64,000 nucleotides of DNA from a virus (lineage: Duplodnaviria > Heunggongvirae > Uroviricota > Caudoviricetes), in IMG/VR virus record IMGVR_UViG_3300035703_000003. One strand, 5' to 3'. A program made the translations under genes and the position numbers. This document shows, piece after piece, positions 14,880 through 24,491 of the stretch (positions are counted from its first letter, which is position 1; each line of letters opens with the position of its first letter). The notes below the pieces were generated by a model. That model made no database searches. It worked only from the letters and a program-made list of their open reading frames with translations, and had not been told where the DNA came from.

Positions 14880-15948
14880 CTTGGGTATTTAGTTCTTCCA
14901 CTACAGAATCTGTGTCGTGATCATTCCACTGTTGCATAATCAAATCCAATACTCCTTCTTCGTTAGATTCCCATGCTTTGCGGAATTTCAGAATCGCTTC
15001 ACCGGTTTCTTTGTTGATGTATTGTAGTCGGTTGCCGCTTTTAGTTAAAACAGATTTTGCTTCACAAAAGTCTACAAGCCCGCTATATGGGCTCATACCT
15101 GTTTCATACGGAATTTTTACTTGGACAGATTCAAACGGCTTCGCATAACGTGTTTTCATAATTTTACAAGAAGCACGAATACCACGCACTTCTGAAATCT
15201 TATTGCCATCTTCATCTTCTTTAAGTTTCAACTTACGCATAGCAACAACAATACTTGAAGCATAGATAAAGCCAGCGCCGCCTGAAATCTTATCGTCTGG
15301 ATCAAACATGTCTTGCGATGCATACGTATGGTTAGTTGCAACTAACCCGATATTATAATCGCCAAACATGTTAACACAATTTCGAACAAGTGCTGTAAGT
15401 GCTTTAGGCTTACGACCCATATCACCTTTAAGATCGCCTTTGCTAAATTGGTCAACATCTGTTGGAGTTAGCAACATACCAAGTGAGTCAATTACAAATA
15501 GTATTTTAGGTCTATCTGTATCTGCACTGTCTGAATATTCTTTTTTGTAATCTACCATGAGATCGTTGATAATTTTTGCAACATCATCAATCATAGCAAC
15601 GTTTAGCTTAAGAAGTTTTTCTGGCGATGTATCAACTTCCAACGCTTTGAGCCACTGCTCGTCAAGAGCGTTTTCTGTATCAACTAGAACAACAAAAATA
15701 CCTTGACGTTGTGCTTCACGAACCAAGTTGCCTGAACAAATAAATGATTTACCTGCGCCAGACTCGCCTGCAAACACTGTTACTTTACCAAGTGGAACAC
15801 CGCCGTCGAACCGACCACTGATAAGTTTATTTAATGTATAATTTCCTGTGCTAATCCAAGTATCAGGGTCTCTAAACCCGATGCTCATGCCAGGAACACT
15901 TTTAGTAATGCTCTTGCGGAATTTACTAATATCAAAAGGCTTAGCCAA
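14851..15948 (-). CDS. uvsX: RecA-family recombinase, UvsX-like
   Basis: Walker A GESGAGKSF. Blocks VFVIDSLG, ATNHTY and PYSGLVD match the RecA/UvsX core. It sits next to the gp32-like gene. Confidence 0.8.
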   Translation of the reverse strand: MAKPFDISKFRKSITKSVPGMSIGFRDPDTWISTGNYTLNKLISGRFDGGVPLGKVTVFAGESGAGKSFICSGNLVREAQRQGIFVVLVDTENALDEQWLKALEVDTSPEKLLKLNVAMIDDVAKIINDLMVDYKKEYSDSADTDRPKILFVIDSLGMLLTPTDVDQFSKGDLKGDMGRKPKALTALVRNCVNMFGDYNIGLVATNHTYASQDMFDPDDKISGGAGFIYASSIVVAMRKLKLKEDEDGNKISEVRGIRASCKIMKTRYAKPFESVQVKIPYETGMSPYSGLVDFCEAKSVLTKSGNRLQYINKETGEAILKFRKAWESNEEGVLDLIMQQWNDHDTDSVVEELNTQDDTQNILEA

Positions 15949-16013
15949 AATTTATCTCCTATAGAAAGACATATAGGGCAGCTGGTGCCGCCCTATATAT
16001 TTTCAGATTTTTA

Positions 16014-17039
16014 TTAGTTTGAGCCTCTAGCACGAATCGCTGCTAGAATGTCTTGTGCGCTGGGTTTAGCGTCACTAGTAGCCGGTTTTACAATCGGCGC
16101 ACTGGGCTTTGGAGCCGATTCCTCAAAAGGGATTTCGTCGTCTTCATCTGGCGTAGGTGCAGAGCGCACTGGTGGTTGTGCTACGCTCTTTGCCGCTGGC
16201 TTAGGCGCACTGTTATTTGCTGCACTATTGCTAGTGTCAATTTGAACACCCGACGGACGATAGAAGTTACCCCAACGTTCCGGATCATACAATTGTCCGT
16301 CTACACTAGCTTCAAACATTTCTTGAATAACACGAAGTTCTTCATCGTTTGGTTGCTTTGGTAGATAATCGTTAAGATTGAATAGACCGAACTTTTCAAT
16401 ACTTGCACGTTCTTCGCTATTTAGACTACGTTCACGACGAGCCCAAGTGCTAGTGCTATAGTCAGCATATTGACCTTTTTGTGACTTAGTCAACCGGAAG
16501 TCAGTGCCTGCTTCGTAATCTGTTGGGATATTTTCGAAGTCTGTATCCATAAGCGCACCTTTGATAATCTTAAAGATGCTAGGATTAATAATGAATCTGC
16601 GGATTGGATTCTCCGGAACAGATTCTTCTTGTAGGCTGTTTTCTGTTACAAAACCTTGGAACACGTAGCTCTTTTTCTTCCAGTATTTGCGACCAAGTTC
16701 TTCTAGGTTAGGATCTTTAAACCACCCACGAACTTCGCTAAGAACTGGGCAACTTCCTACAGGACCCCACATTTCATTACATGGAACGTTTACTGTAACC
16801 TTACGGCTATCAGGTTGACCTTTAACTCCGTTAAAGTCAATACGGATCATTTGACGTTCACGCCAAAAATAAGTGTTTGATGCGTCTCCATCTGGAAGGA
16901 AACGAATTACACTTGTTGTATTTTCTGGGATATTCCAAAATGGGAAGATAGCGTTATCGCTTGTTCCACCTGTAGATGCTCCTGATGAGCGAGCTTCTTG
17001 TTCTTTTAGTTTTGCACGAATTTCTGCCAATGTAGCCAT
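16014..17039 (-). CDS. ssDNA-binding protein, gp32-like
   Basis: The SVIRFLPDG block resembles T4 gp32 AVIRFLPSK. The acidic C-terminal tail (DEDDEIPFEES) is typical of gp32. Confidence 0.7.
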   Translation of the reverse strand: MATLAEIRAKLKEQEARSSGASTGGTSDNAIFPFWNIPENTTSVIRFLPDGDASNTYFWRERQMIRIDFNGVKGQPDSRKVTVNVPCNEMWGPVGSCPVLSEVRGWFKDPNLEELGRKYWKKKSYVFQGFVTENSLQEESVPENPIRRFIINPSIFKIIKGALMDTDFENIPTDYEAGTDFRLTKSQKGQYADYSTSTWARRERSLNSEERASIEKFGLFNLNDYLPKQPNDEELRVIQEMFEASVDGQLYDPERWGNFYRPSGVQIDTSNSAANNSAPKPAAKSVAQPPVRSAPTPDEDDEIPFEESAPKPSAPIVKPATSDAKPSAQDILAAIRARGSN

Positions 17040-17126
17040 AGTTGTTTCTCCTTATATGTGCCTATATTTTTTTGTGCCTAAGTATACCTCAGTGGCCAAA
17101 TACTTATTAACCACTAATGTAACGTA

Positions 17127-17140
17127 TTTTATTTATCATG
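17127..17140 (-). promoter_or_regulatory. Conserved GATGATAAATAAAA-type motif (late-promoter-like, compare T4 TATAAATA) upstream of the gp32-like gene
   Basis: This is one of four copies of TTTTATTTATCAT(C/G) on the plus strand (1233-1246, 8066-8078, 8100-8113, 17127-17140). Confidence 0.3.
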
Positions 17141-18505
17141 TCAATTGAAAAGATTATTTAAATTGTAACCGTTGAACACTTTTTTAATTTTACTTTCAAC
17201 AGTTGTAGTAATCGGATTTCTTTCAACAGATTCATTACCACCTTGCTGTAGCTTAGGCATCAGAGCTTTAATAGCATTTGCTGATTTCACTAGCATAGCA
17301 CGGTCTGTAATATTGTCAACCAAATCACCCATTCTTGCTAGGGTAACTGATAATTCGTCGTCGTCTTTGCCACCGGCAATAATACCGCTTAAGTATTCAA
17401 AGACAGCACCGAGTTGTTGTTGATATGGTGCTTTTGCTAAGGTAGCATTATTCATTGGATTTTCAGGATCTGATTTAATATCAACTCCTGCTTTTAAGTT
17501 TACTTTAGATATTCTATTAACTAAACCTGTTAAATTGTTCAATGTTTCTTGTGCAAAATCATCACGTTCACGAACTGCTTCCATTTCTTTAATAAGTGCG
17601 TTTACATATGGTAATGCACTATCAAGACCTTCGTCAAATGATCTAACGGTGAACTTATCTTTGATACTAGCAATATCATCTTCATTGATAGTTTGTTCCT
17701 CGGCGTTAAATTCTTCTGCCATACGAGCATAACCTTTGCTGCCTTTGCTTTTATTTAATTTCTCACGGACTGAATTTATACGAGATGACACTGCTTCAAT
17801 GATATCAAACGTATCTTCGCTTACTAAATTATTACGCAGGCTGTAACGCTTAAATTCTTTTAGTTGCTTTAATTCATCGCACATTTCAATAATGTGTTGT
17901 CCAAGTTCATCATATGGATTACCACCTTCTTTAACATGGCGCAGCATTGCACGGCCGCCAGCTAGATTGTTACTTGGAAACTTATAACGTTCGCCATCCG
18001 CATTTTCAATATAGATAGCACTAATGTTACGACTACGGCTTCCACGCTGTTCTTCATTAACTGCCTTTTTATGCTTGATAATGAGTTTTGCATTTTCTAA
18101 TTTTTGGTAGCTGCTTTTTGTGCTGCCATATGCTGCACCGATGGATTCTTGAACGTTCATATCTCTAACTTTCTGTGCTTGGTAATCAAAGTCTTTTGGA
18201 GTAATTTCTTTTGTAAATGTTTTTAAAGTATATTCAATAATACTTTGATTTGCTAAGGTTTTAAGTTGCTTGATAAGATCCCTGACTTCTTCCATCTGAG
18301 TGCCAGCACTTAAGCTAACTTTAATCTCACGCTTACTATCTGTTTCATCTAAGTTTACCATAGTGAAAGTATTAGGTATATAGAAACGACGAGCATCTTC
18401 TGGATCTACTGTGTTCTTTCCTTCGTCGGTAAACAGCTCTACATTAAAGCCATTACCTTTAATGATTTTAAAAATCTTTTCTGCAACTGATTCTGAACTT
18501 AGCAT
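17141..18505 (-). CDS. Hypothetical 454-aa protein
   Basis: Long ORF between the terminase and gp32-like genes. No motif recognised. Confidence 0.6.
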   Translation of the reverse strand: MLSSESVAEKIFKIIKGNGFNVELFTDEGKNTVDPEDARRFYIPNTFTMVNLDETDSKREIKVSLSAGTQMEEVRDLIKQLKTLANQSIIEYTLKTFTKEITPKDFDYQAQKVRDMNVQESIGAAYGSTKSSYQKLENAKLIIKHKKAVNEEQRGSRSRNISAIYIENADGERYKFPSNNLAGGRAMLRHVKEGGNPYDELGQHIIEMCDELKQLKEFKRYSLRNNLVSEDTFDIIEAVSSRINSVREKLNKSKGSKGYARMAEEFNAEEQTINEDDIASIKDKFTVRSFDEGLDSALPYVNALIKEMEAVRERDDFAQETLNNLTGLVNRISKVNLKAGVDIKSDPENPMNNATLAKAPYQQQLGAVFEYLSGIIAGGKDDDELSVTLARMGDLVDNITDRAMLVKSANAIKALMPKLQQGGNESVERNPITTTVESKIKKVFNGYNLNNLFN

Positions 18506-18527
18506 TTACATTATTCCTTTGTTATAT

Positions 18528-20093
18528 TTATGTTAAAAACACAAAAGGCATAGGAGCAAGATCTTCGTCTTCGTCAAATGTATCTTTTAGTTCGTTGTAT
18601 GTTGTTTCATCATACTGTGCAACATGTTGGGCAATACGAACTACTAGTAATAATGCCATTACTAAGTCATCTGTTTCACCATCCTTTGCAGAAAAACTAC
18701 TAGCACGGGCAACGAATGTTTTTAATTCTCTAAGTAATGCGCTACTTGATATCTCTATCTTGTTGCCTTCGACCCAAGTTTTTAATTTACTACATGCACT
18801 AAGTTTTGATTTATTAGTTGTAGTAAATCCTTTCCTATGAACACGCCCTGCAGTTTTTGGCTGACTTATAAAAGTCCCTGGAATATTATCTTCTCCGACT
18901 TCGTTAATAACAACTAACGCCGCTTCACCTAATGTATTATTCTCTACGCTCCAGTAAATTTCTGCATCTGGTGCTTCTTCTTGTACAGTCTGTAGTATAC
19001 TTTTTAATATACGTATTTGTTCAGTAATTGCTGTTTTGTTATGTTTCCACTCTGCAACTTGCTTCATACCTGGCAATTCATATACTTGTATTGCAGCATT
19101 ATCGCCGCCTGTTCCGAGACTTGGATCTAGCCCTGCTATATATGTTTTGCCTTTTTGTATGTTTTTATACCATCTAACTTGCCCGGTGCGCTTATATGGA
19201 TCTCTACCTTCCATTACACTTAACTTAAGACTACTAATAAGTGTTTCGTCTGCAGTGATGAATTCACAACCGTGTTCACGTCTAAAACGTTCTTCGCCAA
19301 TCTTACCTTGTTCTTCTGCTGCCCACTTTTCATCACGATCTGGGTGTTCACGCCAATCGACAAGTATACTCTTAAATCCGTTAACACCTACCGGAGTTTC
19401 GTTACCGTATTCGTCTTGTGTCTTGTTTGCTTGCTTCCAAATCTGAGCAAACTGGTCGTTGTCTTGGTTGGGAGTAGATGTAATAAAACACTTACCACCT
19501 GTGCTTAATGTTGGCGACAGCGAAGTCCAAAACTCGCTAGCAATACGTGGAGGGACGAACGCAAATTCGTCTAAGTAAACAAGTGTAAGAGACAAACCAC
19601 GACCGGTGTTTTCAGTTGTTGCTTGTGCAATAATTCTGCTACCGTTATCAAACTCAAGCGAGCCTTTATTGTATGCTGTAGAACCTGCACGTATGTGGTT
19701 AGGACAACATTCATACATAAAACGTATACGTTGCATAATTTCTTGAGCACCGCTCATTTTGTGTGCTGCAATTAAAATTGTGCTATCTGGTTTAAACATT
19801 GCGTACCATAGCAAGTATGCTGCGGCACAAGTTGACTTACCGGTTTGTCTAGGCAACATTGCTATACTGTAGCGATAGTTATGATAAACATCTACTAGAC
19901 GTTCTTGATATCCGAACAATTCGAATTTCATCCTACCTTTAGTAGGATGCTGAATATAACAAAATTCTTTGATAAAATATTGAGGATCTACAGCCGACAT
20001 TGCTAATTCTTGCAACTGTTGCGCTGTGAACTTTTCTTTACTATAGGGTTTTTTAACTAAATTTGTATCAACTGACATACAACTACTTATCAA
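18528..20093 (-). CDS. terL: Terminase large subunit
   Basis: 521 aa. Contains an ATPase core (ILIAAHKMSGAQE, LVYLDEFAFV Walker-B-like) and a C-terminal nuclease-like region. Confidence 0.8.
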   Translation of the reverse strand: MISSCMSVDTNLVKKPYSKEKFTAQQLQELAMSAVDPQYFIKEFCYIQHPTKGRMKFELFGYQERLVDVYHNYRYSIAMLPRQTGKSTCAAAYLLWYAMFKPDSTILIAAHKMSGAQEIMQRIRFMYECCPNHIRAGSTAYNKGSLEFDNGSRIIAQATTENTGRGLSLTLVYLDEFAFVPPRIASEFWTSLSPTLSTGGKCFITSTPNQDNDQFAQIWKQANKTQDEYGNETPVGVNGFKSILVDWREHPDRDEKWAAEEQGKIGEERFRREHGCEFITADETLISSLKLSVMEGRDPYKRTGQVRWYKNIQKGKTYIAGLDPSLGTGGDNAAIQVYELPGMKQVAEWKHNKTAITEQIRILKSILQTVQEEAPDAEIYWSVENNTLGEAALVVINEVGEDNIPGTFISQPKTAGRVHRKGFTTTNKSKLSACSKLKTWVEGNKIEISSSALLRELKTFVARASSFSAKDGETDDLVMALLLVVRIAQHVAQYDETTYNELKDTFDEDEDLAPMPFVFLT

Positions 20094-20138
20094 GATAAGA
20101 GGCAGTGTTAATACACTGCCTCTACCTGTAAACTAACC

Positions 20139-20681
20139 TTAAATGCCTGCGAGTTTTTTAAGGTAATCTAATCCTTCATTTGTTGCGCCTAGGTTATCCA
20201 TTACTTGTTTAACCATTATGCTAATATCACTTGAGCCGAGTTCTTCTGCATCATCGTGAAATGATGCAACATCGTCTATTGCTGCTTCTACACGATCTAA
20301 GCCATATTGTGTTAGAAGATCTGCCATATTGTATTTTACACTTAGCCTCTGCATGATTGCATCTTTAACTGGGTTGTCTTCTTCGGGGTATGGTGTTCCG
20401 ACAGCGCCCATAAACATACCGCCTTCACCTTCTGATGTATTTTCAACTGATTCTTCTTGTGAGTCTAGGTGCGCTCTTGCACCCATATCTGCTTCGTCGA
20501 TTGCGCTGTATACTGCGTCTAATGCTGTTTTAATATCGTTTAGCCAGGCTGGGTCGCCACCAAGTTCGTCAATCGATCTCCACAGTGCGCCGTTTTCTCT
20601 AACAACGCTGGAATACTGATCAATTGTCTCTCTCATTTTATCAAAAGTGTTTGCAATTTTCTGTTCCGACATATTATGCAA
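20139..20681 (-). CDS. Hypothetical protein with C-terminal LDYLKKLAGI motif (putative head-internal protein)
   Basis: 180 aa. Its C-terminal motif is shared with the 20674..21606 product and with the scaffold protein. Confidence 0.55.
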   Translation of the reverse strand: MHNMSEQKIANTFDKMRETIDQYSSVVRENGALWRSIDELGGDPAWLNDIKTALDAVYSAIDEADMGARAHLDSQEESVENTSEGEGGMFMGAVGTPYPEEDNPVKDAIMQRLSVKYNMADLLTQYGLDRVEAAIDDVASFHDDAEELGSSDISIMVKQVMDNLGATNEGLDYLKKLAGI

Positions 20682-21606
20682 CTCCTGCTAATTTTTTAAG
20701 ATAATTCAATGATTCGTTTGCCTTTGTTTCTTCTTTATCTTTAGCCGCTTTTTTCATCGGCTCCTTCTTATCCCCATCGCCATCAATGTCAATATAATCT
20801 GGTTTTGCTGCTTCGCCAACCTGTTTTTTATCTTTTGCTGCCTTTTTCATTGGCTCTTTTTTGTTGCCATCTTTGTCTATATCAAGGAAGTCTGGTTTTG
20901 CGCTTGCTTCATTAGTTTTTTTGTCAGCGTAATAGCCGATACCACGCTTTCTCATTAGATTTTTTTCTATCCATCTATATGCGTCGTAGTAATAGCTATT
21001 ATCACCACGCTCGCCCTGTGACTGGGCTAAAGCGTCTAGATGGTCATACAAGAAATCAATGAAATCATCTGAATATCTATTCCAGTCAATCTTGTCAATA
21101 TTACTCCAGTTGTTATCAATGCCCTCCGGTGGATCTTTCTCCATTAGATCGGATAATATATCATAATGATCTAATTCATTGATACCTTCTTCGTTAACTG
21201 CTTTTGCAATATCATGTGCTTTTTTAATTGTTGATTTCTTAAGTGGTGGTTCATCACCTGTTGATTTCATTGCCTGTGCCATGCCAACTGCATATGGATT
21301 TTTTGCCTTTTCTGCAAATGCTTTGTATGATTCTGCTACATCCTCAACTGCATAATCTGGATAAATGTCCTCGTCTACAGTTACATGATCGCCTCTTGCT
21401 TTTAAATAACGGCGTAAGCTAGTATCACTAACACTGCCTAGTGTGCTAATGCCGTCTGGAAATTCTGCTGGGTTTGGTTCTGTTGTAGCTTCATCAAAGC
21501 CTGCGCCCTCTGATTCTCCCATCCCGTCACCGCACGATGGTTCACTGCTTACTTGTTGTGATTGAACAGCGATGCCTGCTAATTTTAATAGATCCATTAA
21601 GTCCAT
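20674..21606 (-). CDS. Hypothetical protein with tandem KPD(F/Y)(L/I)DIDxDGxKKEPMKKAAKDK repeats and C-terminal LNYLKKLAGVA motif
   Basis: 310 aa. Two near-identical 25-aa repeats (DxDxDG-like) near the C-terminus. Confidence 0.55.
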   Translation of the reverse strand: MDLMDLLKLAGIAVQSQQVSSEPSCGDGMGESEGAGFDEATTEPNPAEFPDGISTLGSVSDTSLRRYLKARGDHVTVDEDIYPDYAVEDVAESYKAFAEKAKNPYAVGMAQAMKSTGDEPPLKKSTIKKAHDIAKAVNEEGINELDHYDILSDLMEKDPPEGIDNNWSNIDKIDWNRYSDDFIDFLYDHLDALAQSQGERGDNSYYYDAYRWIEKNLMRKRGIGYYADKKTNEASAKPDFLDIDKDGNKKEPMKKAAKDKKQVGEAAKPDYIDIDGDGDKKEPMKKAAKDKEETKANESLNYLKKLAGVA

Positions 21607-21607
21607 T

Positions 21608-22105
21608 TTATTTTACCTTATACTCTTTTGACAACTCAGTTTTTGGTAAGTTTTTTAAAAACTTGTTAACAAATCCATTGCCATAATAATCATCATGCTT
21701 TACTTTTGCAGAATCACTATAGTCTGCATCCGCTAACACGCTTTTTGAATCTGCAGGCTCTTCTTGAACTGCACTAATATTTTCATCTTCTAGTTTGTTA
21801 CGAACTAGAATTGCTTGCATTGGCAAGCCGGTTGCTTTTGAAATCTCTTCATGAAGAACATTACTTGTTACCGGTAACTTTGCTGTAATATCAAATATAT
21901 AAACTTCTGCAGGGCCCCATTCCGCAAAACCATACGGAGCCTTTTGCATAATAGTTTTTTTCGGAGCGCCTACGCTCTCAACGTTATACTTTAACAAATG
22001 TTGTTCTAACTTGTCAAGTTGTTCACTTGACATTTCGACTACTGTGCGAATTCTAAATTCGTAGCTTTTTTCATTTTCTGCCAAATAATGTTTTAGACTC
22101 TTCAT
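21608..22105 (-). CDS. Hypothetical protein
   Basis: 165-aa ORF, translationally coupled. Confidence 0.5.
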   Translation of the reverse strand: MKSLKHYLAENEKSYEFRIRTVVEMSSEQLDKLEQHLLKYNVESVGAPKKTIMQKAPYGFAEWGPAEVYIFDITAKLPVTSNVLHEEISKATGLPMQAILVRNKLEDENISAVQEEPADSKSVLADADYSDSAKVKHDDYYGNGFVNKFLKNLPKTELSKEYKVK

Positions 22106-22132
22106 GATAATCCTACCTGTTGTAATTATTTA

Positions 22133-22654
22133 TCACGCTTTGCCTGTTTTCATACGTTCGATAACAGCATTGATTAAACTATTTCTATCTTCAAATTCTT
22201 CTGCTTGACCGTCAATAGGATCATCTTCTTTTTCTTTAAGTGCATCATTTACTTTGCGTGTGTCGAGATCAAGTTTTGCTTTACGCATTTGTAACTCGAT
22301 CATTTTTAATTTTTTATCTAACTTTGTTTGTTTAGCAGTAATAGCATTGCTCATCATTTTTCCTGCAACATCAAAAATTGCAGCGGCATTTCTGTCATCG
22401 ACGTTTTGACCTAAGTCCATCAAGTCTTTAAATGCCTTCATTGCTTCGTCTGCATACTTGTCCATATCTTTGTCTAATGTTTCTAAGTCACGAACAACAG
22501 GCAGTGCCTGATCTATCTTATCAGCCACATCTAATGTATGCTGTAGTGTCGATAAGTCGAACCCGGTTTCTTCTTCAGCAATTAGTTGATCCACTTCGTC
22601 GTCTACTTCATCATTTGGTGGTAAATTAAAAACTTCTTCTATTTTTCTTGACAT
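22133..22654 (-). CDS. Hypothetical acidic coiled-coil protein
   Basis: 173-aa ORF. Confidence 0.5.
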   Translation of the reverse strand: MSRKIEEVFNLPPNDEVDDEVDQLIAEEETGFDLSTLQHTLDVADKIDQALPVVRDLETLDKDMDKYADEAMKAFKDLMDLGQNVDDRNAAAIFDVAGKMMSNAITAKQTKLDKKLKMIELQMRKAKLDLDTRKVNDALKEKEDDPIDGQAEEFEDRNSLINAVIERMKTGKA

Positions 22655-23085
22655 TATCTTTTTCCTGGATTGTTAAAGAGTTCATTCTCAGTTAAAACTC
22701 TAAAACCTACTCCTTGTTTTTCTGCAAATGTTTTTGCAGCTTTCCATTTTGCTTCATTCACAATCGCTTGTGCCTTTTGCTGCTGGCTCTTTGCTTTACC
22801 TAAAACTTGACCAGCTGGTTTGATTTCGATAAACTCTGCATGACGTTGTCCTGTTTTATCTTGATAAATCATAAAAAAATCAGGAACATAAACAGTTTGT
22901 CTGTTAGTGAGAGGATTAAAATAAGGAATACGATGACTTTCGCTTGCCCACGCTAAAACATAAGGATGTGCATCTAAAACTCTCATAAATTTCAACTCCC
23001 AACTTGACCGATATCTCGGTGTGTGTTTACCTATATACTTAGTTGGATTCTTTGGTTGAAATATGCCTTGTTGAAACTTGGACAT
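22654..23085 (-). CDS. Hypothetical protein
   Basis: 143-aa ORF. Start overlaps the upstream stop. Confidence 0.5.
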   Translation of the reverse strand: MSKFQQGIFQPKNPTKYIGKHTPRYRSSWELKFMRVLDAHPYVLAWASESHRIPYFNPLTNRQTVYVPDFFMIYQDKTGQRHAEFIEIKPAGQVLGKAKSQQQKAQAIVNEAKWKAAKTFAEKQGVGFRVLTENELFNNPGKR

Positions 23086-23783
23086 TATTGCCCTATAGCA
23101 TTTGAAGTCGGAGAAGTCGATGACACTCCGTTGCTATTGATAACAACAGCAACAACGTTAACTTGTTCTGGCTGGAATTGAACTTGCCATGTTACCGGAT
23201 TGCTATCGCTATAATTTACCATGTCATGGTTAACACTTGATATTGTGCAGTTAAAGCAAGTAATTTCTCTGCCCGCAGTTGCTGTATCTCTTGTTCGTAT
23301 TCGTATAAAATCAAAGAAATAACGAGTAGCATTGGTCAATACTTTAGTGCCGTATACATTGACACTTTGGTCCGACAATGCATCATAGTTAAACACATTA
23401 TTAGGTTGTAAATTAGCACCATGAAAATAGTGATGATTATATGATTCTAATATAGTTTGAAACATGTTGTCTCTTGTATCATAGAACACAACATTAAACG
23501 GTGTAGGTGTCATTCTTGTCGGAACATAACGTATCCTGTTATACTGATTAACAGGAACTACGTTATGTTGATAATCCGGCAATGAAACTGATTGAACTCG
23601 ATGAAATACAAAGTTTTCGGCTTTTAAATCATCTAAACCTGGAATACTAATAGATGGGTTAATACCCAATTGAAGTTGGAACTGAAAACGCTGCCTTGGC
23701 ATGAATATTTGCGGATCTGAATCTGCACCATATACTGCGGCGGCGGCGTTAAAAGGGCCAGTATTAAAAATTGCTCCAACCAT
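23085..23783 (-). CDS. Hypothetical protein, probably tail-associated (by position, distal to the tube gene)
   Basis: 232-aa ORF. Confidence 0.45.
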   Translation of the reverse strand: MVGAIFNTGPFNAAAAVYGADSDPQIFMPRQRFQFQLQLGINPSISIPGLDDLKAENFVFHRVQSVSLPDYQHNVVPVNQYNRIRYVPTRMTPTPFNVVFYDTRDNMFQTILESYNHHYFHGANLQPNNVFNYDALSDQSVNVYGTKVLTNATRYFFDFIRIRTRDTATAGREITCFNCTISSVNHDMVNYSDSNPVTWQVQFQPEQVNVVAVVINSNGVSSTSPTSNAIGQ

Positions 23784-23799
23784 TGTTTAAATCTATCTA

Positions 23800-24390
23800 T
23801 TAACCTGTCGCCAATCCTGCAGTTTGATCTATTGTTGCACCAGTTAGTGTTGGTAGACCTGCTGCATCATAGATTTCTGCGTTGTCGTAACGAATACTAA
23901 TTTGTATCGCAACCTGGTCACTTGATGCATAGTTCATGTCACCGTATGAAATACTGCTAATATAGCATCCTGATAATTCATATCTGTTAAGTACACCTGG
24001 GGTTGGACTTGCACCGTCTAAGTTTTCAACAACAGTTGTGAACTTATATGCAGATCCTGCTCTTGGGCTCGACTGATTCGCATGGTCAATTTGACGATTC
24101 ATTTGAGCATTTAATTCTTTTACAATAATTCCGTCGATATCATCTCTTAACATGATACCTACTTCTTGCCATGTGTGCTTACCTGCTAGATATATTCTGC
24201 TGTTATAAGCATCTAATTGAACTGGATCGTGTTGCAGTGATGGACGTCCTGCGCTAATAACGCTACGAGTAGGTGTTGCGGTAAATGCACCGCCGATGAA
24301 TGTTACACGGAAGCGGTATGCTAGTTTTGGCATAAGTGTTGTAGTGTTACCTGTGTTATCAGGAACGCCTAGTGTTGTTAAAACTGCCAT
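23800..24390 (-). CDS. Tail tube protein (gp19-like)
   Basis: 196 aa, immediately downstream of the sheath gene as in T4 genes 18-19. Assignment is by position and size. Confidence 0.55.
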   Translation of the reverse strand: MAVLTTLGVPDNTGNTTTLMPKLAYRFRVTFIGGAFTATPTRSVISAGRPSLQHDPVQLDAYNSRIYLAGKHTWQEVGIMLRDDIDGIIVKELNAQMNRQIDHANQSSPRAGSAYKFTTVVENLDGASPTPGVLNRYELSGCYISSISYGDMNYASSDQVAIQISIRYDNAEIYDAAGLPTLTGATIDQTAGLATG

Positions 24391-24437
24391 TTTAATCTCC
24401 TTTTAATACTGGCTGTATGTATTTATTAAAATTTAGT

Positions 24438-24472
24438 GAAAAAAAAATGGGCGACCTAATCGCCCATTTTAT
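24438..24472. terminator. Bidirectional rho-independent terminator between the sheath and tube genes
   Basis: GGGCGA-CCTAA-TCGCCC hairpin flanked by an A9 run and a TTTTAT run. Confidence 0.65.
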
Positions 24473-24491
24473 ACTATGTTAATTTTATATA

